This document shows, piece after piece, positions 10,064 through 19,400 of a stretch of DNA of 64,000 nucleotides (its first letter is position 1; each line of letters opens with the position of its first letter). The DNA is from a virus. The stretch is taken from the IMG/VR virus record IMGVR_UViG_3300012927_000004; one strand, given 5' to 3'. Below the pieces are notes generated by a model. The model had not been told where the DNA came from. It searched no databases and worked only from the letters and a program-made list of their open reading frames with translations. The position numbers and the translations under genes were made by a program.

Positions 10064-11179
10064 TTATTCGTTATACAACTTGACCGCATTCTGAGCAAAC
10101 AATTTCAGAAGCGTAATGGTAGTACCCAGGATATAAGGAGACATCACATTACGAGCTGCGATGGACCGACATCCAAAAACCGCATCGATTTCTTCACCTG
10201 CTTCTGTATAAAGTTTGTAATCCATGACTTCTGAGTTAACACTTTTCATTTGATTCGCGAAAACCACCTTATCAGCAATTCCCATATTCATGTTAACAGT
10301 GATATAGAAACGAATCTCGGCTTTATTCAAACCAAGCGGCGTTCCTTCAACACGATAATCGTCAGTCACTTCCCCAGTAAACTTGGGTTTATGGGTGCTT
10401 TTAGCTTGTTCAGAAATGAATTGATCGCTAAGATCAGCTAATTTACGGAGAGAAGAACTCATCTGTTCCTTATCACCGTGATAGAAGACCTCTATACGAT
10501 CCACAATTCCGAAATAATTGGAACGAGGAGATTGCTTAGAAAGACCTTTCAGTGTCTCAATAGCGTTCTCACCAAACGTTCCGATTTGAGATGTTATTTC
10601 ATCTTCGACACTCATTAAAATGTCTTGTGGTTTAACAGTTTGAGAAGGTTTTACAACATGATGAATATTCTGTTCGAATGTCACCACAAAACTTCTCAAG
10701 TAAGTAACCCTAGTCTCAAGCTTCTCTGATAACTTTTTCGAAATAGAAGAAGCATCTTCATGAGTTTGTTTGGTTTCCCATAATACAGTTTTAGCTGTCA
10801 ATGAGTTTTTCATCACAAGTTGACCAGGATTCCAAACATCATATTCGAAATAAGAAATGTTATAAGCAATGGGATCTCCCTTCTTAAAGGACTCCCCTTC
10901 CTTAACAGATGCTTCGATATCAAACGGAAAGATCGATCCTTCAGATCGACCAAACTGACGTCCTAATTCAACACCGATCATTTTACCACTTTTGTATTGA
11001 ACAACAACACCTTTATCAGTTACCTTAGTAACAACACCATCCTCTTTTGCACAGTAAGCAAAAAGAGGATTTGTCCGTTGTGCAATAATCGATTCAAATC
11101 CAGTTCTTACAAAAGGTGGGTGATATCCTTTTGCTGGAATGCCGTGACTATTCTGAATTGAGATGAAATTGATACGATT
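10064..11179 (-). CDS. multisubunit RNAP beta-like subunit, exon 2 (371 codons)
   Basis: 'ISIQNSHGIPAKGYHPPFVRTGFESI..GVVTKVTDKGVVVQY' aligns with E. coli beta '[32 protein letters not shown]'. 'ADKVVFANQMKSVNSEV..IDAVFGCRSIAARNVMSPYILG' aligns with '[36 protein letters not shown]'. The frame stays open upstream of the annotated Met back to a TGA at about 11192..11194. Confidence 0.8.
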   Translation of the reverse strand, partial: NRINFISIQNSHGIPAKGYHPPFVRTGFESIIAQRTNPLFAYCAKEDGVVTKVTDKGVVVQYKSGKMIGVELGRQFGRSEGSIFPFDIEASVKEGESFKKGDPIAYNISYFEYDVWNPGQLVMKNSLTAKTVLWETKQTHEDASSISKKLSEKLETRVTYLRSFVVTFEQNIHHVVKPSQTVKPQDILMSVEDEITSQIGTFGENAIETLKGLSKQSPRSNYFGIVDRIEVFYHGDKEQMSSSLRKLADLSDQFISEQAKSTHKPKFTGEVTDDYRVEGTPLGLNKAEIRFYITVNMNMGIADKVVFANQMKSVNSEVMDYKLYTEAGEEIDAVFGCRSIAARNVMSPYILGTTITLLKLFAQNAVKLYNE

Positions 11180-11687
11180 CATCGAGAATATTCAAACAAA
11201 CTCGCTAGGTCTGTTTCGCGCCATTACGCGCAGCTTTAGGTCTCCCTAAAGTCTAGGTCATATCTTCACCCACAGCTTAACCTGGTTGGGTGCTTCCCAT
11301 TTCGGATCGCTTGATCCTACAGGCTGACAAAGCCCTGACCGTCGAACCTTCTCCATATCCGAAGACGTAGGAGCTTGGCTGCTGATTGTCTCTACTCCGG
11401 GCTTTTCCAACCCTGGCTTTGTCTTTCGACTCGCAGTGGTGACCGGATTTGACGAGATGTTCCAGCAATTAAAGAAGATTCAACTGTAGATTTCTCTACA
11501 GTCGGACTATAGTACGAATAGATGTATCCATCGGGATAAACACCTTTGTTATTGTTGGTTCTAAACCCCATGTTAAGTGTGGTTTTCTTGATATTGAATC
11601 AAGAAAAAATCAACAATAACAATTTACGTACGTTCAATCGTCGTGCATTGCACCCGCTGCTAAAAGAACAGCCGAACAGTGTCGATT
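11180..11687 (-). ncRNA. ORF-less group I-like self-splicing intron in the RNAP beta gene (boundaries predicted, +/- a few nt)
   Basis: - It splits the conserved beta 'ANR......MQRQAVP' block.
- R-like 'GGUUCGACGGUCAGG' (11334..11348) and S-like 'GAAGAUAUGACCUAGAC' (11251..11267) can form P7 (GGUCA/UGACC).
- P3 candidate CAAAGCC (11415..11421) / GGCUUUG (11328..11334) directly abuts P7.
- Several hairpins are GNRA-capped, for example 11483..11502 and 11232..11253.
- GC content is much higher than the surroundings.
- With these boundaries the 5' exon ends in U and the intron ends in G. Confidence 0.65.
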
Positions 11688-14600
11688 AGCATTTTGGACT
11701 TCCGCATCATGATTCTTAAGACCACGATGATTACGAAGATGAGGATCTGAAGAGGTATAGATATTAACACCCACATCAGAACTATCTACAGTTCCTTCAG
11801 AGATTACACCGACATCTTGAACATGAAAAGATCGAGAAGCTTTATTCATTCCATCAGAAGAACGACCGCCTTCTCCAACATAGGTTACACTTTCATCATT
11901 CTTAATGTCTTGAATCGGATTGATTTCAGGAACTAACATTACAGTTGGATCACTGTTGATAGCTGACCAGACCTTATAAGGACTGATATCAATCTTACTT
12001 CGACCTGCTATGTTCTTACTCCGGAACTGACGAATAGCTGCCGTCATTTCTTTATAGACAGCACCAGAGAAACGTTCATATCCTCGAATACGTGTATAGG
12101 AACCATCGTATTCTTTTGGATGTTGATATGACATTAACATTTCAGTAGCTTTCAAAAGTAATCCATCGAAAGTCACTGGTTCATTCATGTCTTTTAATAT
12201 TTCTTCAGTGATAGGATCGATGAAATAATCAAACAACATATCAATCTCACGAAGATAGATTGCACCTAGACCTTTACTGGTTAAGAGATTCATGTAGATA
12301 TCTTGATGTTCAAAATCCTTAACACTTGCCGATTTCGTCATCTTGGCATAATCTAAGAATCCAGCCAGTATCATTGTTGCAAAGTGATTTTTACGAGAGA
12401 AGATATAAACACCGTCATTAAACGGAATGGGATATTCATCTGGCGTAAGATTCAATCGTTTCTTTGGTTCAACAAAACGTGGTTTGACTTCCAATAAAGC
12501 TAGAAGTTTAGACCACCCCAATCGGTAACCTAAAATCACACCTACTGGCACATTTTTGCGAAAGATTGCTAATTCACTAAAACGAATAGGTGAGTTATGA
12601 GGATCCAAATTAAGAACTTTAAAGATATCCCCAAAAAGTTCTAATTTTCCTTCTTTTAAAATATAAAAGTCATTATTCATATCAACCCAAAGAAGTCCGT
12701 TATCCGGAGCATGTCCACACCACCGCATACCTTCTCTAGGAGATGACATCCTAATATTCTTACCGTTATCGCACATCAAAGAAAAGCCTCCTGCTTTAAA
12801 GGAGACGAAGCTTGTTGAAAGTAAACCGAAGATATAAGGTATCTTGGCATAAGAATCAAAGGTATTACCAGGTACTACATCTTTGATCCATTCACTACCT
12901 TCAAAAGAAGCCTTATTGATTTGCTTTAAGATCCAATCAGAAGTGCTATTTGCAATTTTACTTTCCGAAGAAACAAATGCTTTTCCATAGTAGCTATTCA
13001 GAGAGACTTCGTTCGGACTGATCTTACGAATCGGTAAGTCTGCACGATTCTTTCTAAGCATATAACGGTTACCCGCTACCTTAAACGAACCGTCATGTTC
13101 AACGACTGGAAGTTTAAACCAAATTGAAGAAGCAGTACCATTGATAGGTTTCAATTGTAGATTATGAATTTCTACATTTCCCATCACGGTATGTTCTTGA
13201 GTGATCTCATGTTTTTGAATAATGACACCACCCTTCTGAAGACCACCCACCATTTTAATAACATCATTCTTCATGTGTTCATCGATGTAATCACGAGTAT
13301 AACTCTGAAGTGTACTTTGAGTCATGCTCTTATCAATGATAGTTGGATGATCGGCTAACTGTGTCTCACTTGAATGAATGATCAGTTGTTCTGGATGGAT
13401 TTCAGTCTTTTGAGCTGTTAAATTACCACTACCATAAGGGTCTAACATCTTAATATAAGCATCGGCATCTTGAAGCGCTTTCTTATAAGAAGCAGCATTC
13501 AATGTTCCATCTTCTAATGCTTCGACCATTTTCTTCTTTAAGGCATTATTAGGTATTAATGCTGTATGAACTTCTTCATGAATATCTTCGTGGTTATAAA
13601 CTGTCGTAGGATGAACTTCTACAACTTCGTTATCTTTTAATGAAATACCACGCTTATGAAGATCAAAACGATTCTTTTGTTCCAGAATCTCCATATCGTC
13701 ATTCAGATTCTGGATGATATTATCGCTAAGTTCATCGATTGCATCGATAGATTTCAAAGGTTCTTGAAACTTCTTTTCTATAGGGGGGGTTATATTCTTT
13801 TGTTGAAAACTTTCGATCGGACCTTCGTCGATGTAATCGTGTTCATCATTATGATCTTCAATCTCTTCAACAGTTTCTTCTGTCTGAGGAATAGTTTCAG
13901 CTGCATCTTCAGGAATCGCAGAAGAAATAACCAATAGGTATTTAAGTAAAGCTCTAACCATGATCTTACGATCACGTTGTAAAGATACTTTAATCGTAGA
14001 GACGTTTTCATCACCTTTGATCCAACTATAAAAGTACGAAAGGTTCAAAGTGCTACAACGTCCATCTGCTAACATGAAAACCATGTTAATCTTCTTCAGT
14101 GCTTCAATAGGAATCAAATTGAAAACACTACGATCTCTCAACTCGTCTTTGATAAAATTAGACAAATGAAGAATCAAACGTTTCTCATGAGTATTAAATA
14201 AACGAGCTAACGTCATACCTTCTTTATCAGAATAATTCAACAACATGTTATAACTGGGGATATTAATGATTGGATCCAAAAGAACAAAATGTTGACGATT
14301 AGATTTTAATGCCAATGCACCAATATGTGACCAGAATGTTTTCTGATAACTCTCCCATTTCTGATATTCGGAAATGGGAGTATGAACATATCGATATGTG
14401 AATTTCAATGGATTGTAATCCACCACAATCATCGTACGTTCATCAATTTGTATGTCAGATGCTCGAGGAATATAACGAAACAGATTATGTTTCTTGATGA
14501 ATGGTAGAATAAAACGTTGTGGAACAAACGGAAGTGTTCTTGGATGCCCTTCCATTAAGTCACTGTGATAAACCAGTTCTAAAGGAAGACGTTTGCTATA

Positions 14601-14771
14601 TCCTTGAAAATAAGGTTTTGATGCATCTGGAAACATTTCATCATCTTGAGTGAAATGATGCAACATTGAATTACGAGGAAATCCTTTAAAGATTTGAAGA
14701 CGTGGAGATATCAGTTCGTTAAAACGACGTACTCCTGTCTCACGGTAAAATTGCGTATAAAGTTGTAACAT
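11688..14771 (-). CDS. multisubunit RNAP beta-like subunit, exon 1 (1028 codons; ORF track reads through to a stop at 11634 inside the intron)
   Basis: 'YVGEGGRSSDGMNKASRSFHVQDVGVISEGTVDSSDVGVNIYTSS' aligns with E. coli beta '[43 protein letters not shown]'. 'HDAEVQNANR' aligns with 'HDDANR'. Confidence 0.8.
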
Positions 14772-14794
14772 GCTATTCCTTAGGTAAATACGAT

Positions 14795-16435
14795 TTAAGA
14801 AAAGTTACCTAATACAAGATCGATGACGTCATTGCTAGAACTGAACGCAATTGATCCATCAACCGCAACGTAATAATCACGACTATTCAGGAGTTTCTTA
14901 AACTCCGCTTTTGAATCATCAATCATGTAACATGTTAATGAAGTTGTATCGCCATCATAATCACCACCAAGACGACCTAGGTGCTGACTAGCTGGACTTA
15001 ACGCATCAAAGAAGTAATCTTCCATCTTTGGATATTCTGGTGCGATCACACCTGTTCTCTTCCATTCGTCATCGAGTTCGTATTTAACGAGTCCTGTAAC
15101 TGTACTTTTTAAATAGTTGTAACTAGGATAAATACTTCCAAATCCAGTTACAGGATATCGAGTGATTGTACCGGGTGTTTCAGGTGCTATTTGAAAGACA
15201 GATAAATAGAAGAGTTCGGCATAAGTGATTGGATGAACATGTTCTTTCTTAAGGTTAACAGGAAGTTCATCGATGTTTGTAAGAAACCGATAAGTGTTAT
15301 CTGGTCCATTATAAATCAAACCTAGATAATAACCACTAATCATAATTGATTCATGACGTAGATCTTTGACTTTAAAACGATGGAACTGTTTTTCCAGTCC
15401 ATCATTCGTCATCCAGTCATCATAGAAACTTGGATCGATATTGACATTCACTGACTTAAGAGTTTTAGTAGAAATTAAGTTTGCTGGTGCATTTGGCCCT
15501 ACAAAGATCTTTGATAGATATCCATCACGAACGAGCTGAACTGCTTTCGGAAAGATTGATCGAAGAAATTGATACAGACCTACAACATGTTGAGTCGCTG
15601 ATACAAACTGCGGATCATCTCGATGTTTGACATTCTGAATATAAGGAGTGATGACATTTCGAGTTGAATTATCGATATGTCGAGCAACCCACTTTCCTTG
15701 GATCAGTTTACCTTTACCTTCCAGGATGTTAGTAATGTAATCGTAAATCTGATTCACAGCGATTTGAAGATTATATCGCATGTTATTCAAATATTCTTCA
15801 TTACTAGTAATAGAGACATTCTCGATCACATTGGAGAGTCCAATTACTTTTCGATAAAGATTATTAATCTCATCTTCAGTAGGCTTTCCATTGTCATCAA
15901 TTGTGTAATCTCGAAGACCTGCAGGAAGTACTAGCAATTTATCAAATAAAGGATTCTTGCGGTACTTCTCTACCAGTTTAATATTAAACGATCGTTTTGC
16001 AGAATCACGTTCAGTAAATTTCAAAACTGGAAAGTGATCTAAGAAGAATTTATAACCTGTTTCTCCATTGATCGGATCAGACTTTATAAAATCTTTAATT
16101 TGATGATCAAAGGTTGCGTATTCACGGCCAGAAATGATCTGGCCGTATAGTTCTTTAAGATCAGTAATTGCTTTGAAATAGACTGGATGAAAGATTGGAA
16201 TTTGAAGATTAACATATCCAAAGTTTCTTGAACGACGAGCATCTCCTACTTTACCAAAAGTTTCAGTAGAGTAAAGACCGTCTGGATGAAAGTTTTTGGT
16301 CATACCGGACGTAATGTCCATAACCGATATTCGTCTTAAATTCTTAACGCTTTCATTACCTGATAACAAAAGAAGCTCGATGTTAAAGGGTGGAAAGTTC
16401 TCTAGCATGTTTGTGATCCTTTGATGGTTGTTCAC
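14795..16435 (-). CDS. multisubunit RNAP beta'-like subunit, N-terminal fragment
   Basis: 'LGRLGGDYDGDTTSL' matches the universal beta' Mg-binding NADFDGD motif near the C-terminus of a 546-aa protein. This is the split beta' architecture of phiKZ-like phages. Confidence 0.85.
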   Translation of the reverse strand: MNNHQRITNMLENFPPFNIELLLLSGNESVKNLRRISVMDITSGMTKNFHPDGLYSTETFGKVGDARRSRNFGYVNLQIPIFHPVYFKAITDLKELYGQIISGREYATFDHQIKDFIKSDPINGETGYKFFLDHFPVLKFTERDSAKRSFNIKLVEKYRKNPLFDKLLVLPAGLRDYTIDDNGKPTEDEINNLYRKVIGLSNVIENVSITSNEEYLNNMRYNLQIAVNQIYDYITNILEGKGKLIQGKWVARHIDNSTRNVITPYIQNVKHRDDPQFVSATQHVVGLYQFLRSIFPKAVQLVRDGYLSKIFVGPNAPANLISTKTLKSVNVNIDPSFYDDWMTNDGLEKQFHRFKVKDLRHESIMISGYYLGLIYNGPDNTYRFLTNIDELPVNLKKEHVHPITYAELFYLSVFQIAPETPGTITRYPVTGFGSIYPSYNYLKSTVTGLVKYELDDEWKRTGVIAPEYPKMEDYFFDALSPASQHLGRLGGDYDGDTTSLTCYMIDDSKAEFKKLLNSRDYYVAVDGSIAFSSSNDVIDLVLGNFS

Positions 16436-16457
16436 CCTTTACTAGGGATAAATTTTA

Positions 16458-19400
16458 ATGGCTAAACAAAAGAAGAGTCGTATTGATAATGGAGATTTCA
16501 GGTTTGATAGTGAACTTGACTTCAATTTTGATGGTGGTTTCGATACTTTCGATACTAAGAAAGCAAGTAAGAAACGCAAACCTGTTCATGATGTTATACG
16601 TGGTACTGCTGATGCTACAAAGAGCAAACTAAAGTCAGGATCTTTCTGGAACGACTTTGCCAAGAAGGCATTACCAAAGTCTTATAGCATTATCACTGAT
16701 GAACTTAAGAAGTCAAGTGAAATTCTTTCGGAAACATATCGAGAATCAGCTCGTCTCTTAAAACCCGACTTAGCTCGTATTGGTCGGCAAGTTGATTCAT
16801 TGGTTCCTGAAGAATCTCGTCGAATCAAGAAATGGACCAATAAACTCAAATCGCATCAGGAACAGAATATTTCTGCATCTGCAGAAGCATTTCAAAATCA
16901 GGCTATTACTCAAGCTCAGACAGAAATCTTTGGTCGTATGCAAGATCATACCGATGCTAAGGAAGCTAGAGATCGTGCAGAACAGCGTGTCAAAGATAAG
17001 TTAGATGCCAAACGATTCTCTGCTAATGCAAATATTCTCGGTAATATTAACGAAGGTATTCAGAGATTGGCTTCGTATACAATGTCAGTGAACTCTTCTT
17101 ATCAGAAGAAATCATTAGAACTTCAGTATCGTTCTTATTTCGTTCAAGCTGAACTTTTAAAAACTACAACGAAATATAACGAACTCTTTAAAGCCTATTT
17201 TGAGGCCATCAAGGATAATACTGCACTTCCTGACTTTGTGAAGATTACAAAATCTGAACGTTTTAGAGAAATTGCTAGAACTAATATTTATTCAGGTATT
17301 CAGCAAGGTATCTCTGGAGGTTTTAAACGAGCAACAAAACGACTGGGTGGTTATGTTAGAGGAGCTGCTGGTCGTTTAGGTGATATAACAATGGGTCTGG
17401 ACTCTGTTGATATGTTAAGAGACCAGATGAAAACTGCAAAAGAAATGGGCATAGACGAGTCTATGCTTTATCATAGTTCAAATGGAATAGGTGGTGCTCT
17501 AATAGATTTCATTGCAAGCAAAGCAGGTAAGAAATTAGGGCGCTTTTTTCCACAAGGTGGGTTTGTCTCTCGTAATCTAGCACGAGGTGCAAGGTTTGTT
17601 AAAAACCCAACCCAAGGAATTGATAAACTTCAAAAATCAAAAGGCTATCAGAAATTCATAAATCAGAAAGGACCTATGGGTGACTTTGCTCGTTTTATGA
17701 ATATGTTTGTTAATGATTTTAAAACTCCTAAAGAAAATGCTAACTTAACCAAGGGTGGAGATTCTGCTGGACATATGACACCACACTTCTTCAGTCAAAA
17801 AGCTCATAAGTCTTTGACTGAAGTGATTCCTGGTTATTTGGCTCGTATTCTTCAAGAAACATCAGCGATCCGAATGGGCAGTCGTAATTTAGGACAATTG
17901 CCTACTTATGATTGGAGACGGGGTAGGTTTACAACATCAAGTAAACTTCAATCAAAAATTCGTACTGGACTTCTTGGAGTATCTTCAACAGGAGCAATGG
18001 ATTATAAACTGGACCAGGTTTCAAAAGCTTTTACTGGTAATGAATTAACAGGTGATCAATCTGTTCGTGTTAAACAGTTTATACACACGATCTCAGGCAA
18101 TCCTGAAATGGATTATAACTCCAATAAAGTATTTCGGAGTAAAGCATTTCTAACACTTCCTCGTGAAGATCGTCGAATGATTATTACACAGATGAAAAAG
18201 CATCGTGGTAGTCAAGAAGCCAAAAGTGTTATTACCAACGTAATGCGTGATGTTGGTGAAACACATAGTAATCAGATAGCTGCTGCTAAGAATATGATGC
18301 AACAGTTAATTCAAGAAGGTCATCAAGAAGAATTAATTCGTGCTAAATTAATTAGACCCAATAAACAAGGTGGGTATGATATTAATCTTCAGAAATATAA
18401 TCAACTTATTCAGTCTCGTGGAATTACAGCTAAAGGTATTGCTCCTAAGAAAGCAAGTGGTTGGATTATTCCAACGAATGAGAAAGGCGAGCATGAGAAT
18501 ATCGGAGATATAGAAGGTAAAATCTACGATACAAGTAAGAAACGTTATATGCATGATCCGAATTATACACCTGATCCGGACAAGAAACCGTTCATGACGT
18601 TTTCTGATCGTAATGCTAAAACTAATATCGGTAAAAACCGTCGTCGTGGAGTGTTAAGTCGACTGGCTCGATTGGCAACTTATAAATATCGTTACCGTGG
18701 TGGTAACGATAAGAATCAACACCAAGGATTTATGGCTCAGGAAGTCAATAAAACTTTTGGTGATAATGCTGCTCCTGGCGGGACTGCAGTTGACATGAGT
18801 TATATGACATCGATGAATACTGAAGGTATACAGGAACTTCATCGTGATCAACAGAAACAGATGAAAGATCCAACATCGATCGATCTGTTACGAGACATTA
18901 GTAAACGTCTTGGTGAATTAGGAGCTATCAGTAAGGTTGGTATGGGTATTGAACCTACTGGTGATTCAAAGAGTTTATTTGGCGATACCGCTAATCTTGC
19001 AAGTCGTTATATTCGTATTTTAGCAAGTAGAGGTGCAGCTGGAACTGGACGTGCTGGTCGTTTACTATTTGGAACTGCTGGTGCTATCGGTCGTCTTGTT
19101 CGTCGTCATGGTGGAGGATTACTCTCTAATGTCGGTGATCTTGCAGGAGAATATGGTCCGTCAGTAGCACATCAAGGCATATCTGGATTAGGTCGTGGTG
19201 GTCGATTCTTACTTGGAGCGACAGGCGGTCTTTTCGGTGCAGCTGGTGGTGTTGGACGTTTAACCAGAAGAGCACTTGGCCGTTATGCTAGACCAGCAAT
19301 ATCAAGTACTGCTGGGTTTATAGGTAATCATCTCTTTGACGGTTTAGGTCGAATGGGGGATTTCTTAACGGGTAGTGCTAAATTAGGAGGGCGTGCTCTT

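Noticed and set aside
11277-11468. A 63-aa ORF inside the putative intron, considered as a possible homing endonuclease
   Set aside because: It is too short and has no LAGLIDADG, GIY-YIG, HNH or His-Cys box motif. It overlaps the proposed P3-P8 catalytic core, so it is most likely a by-product of the GC-rich structured RNA.
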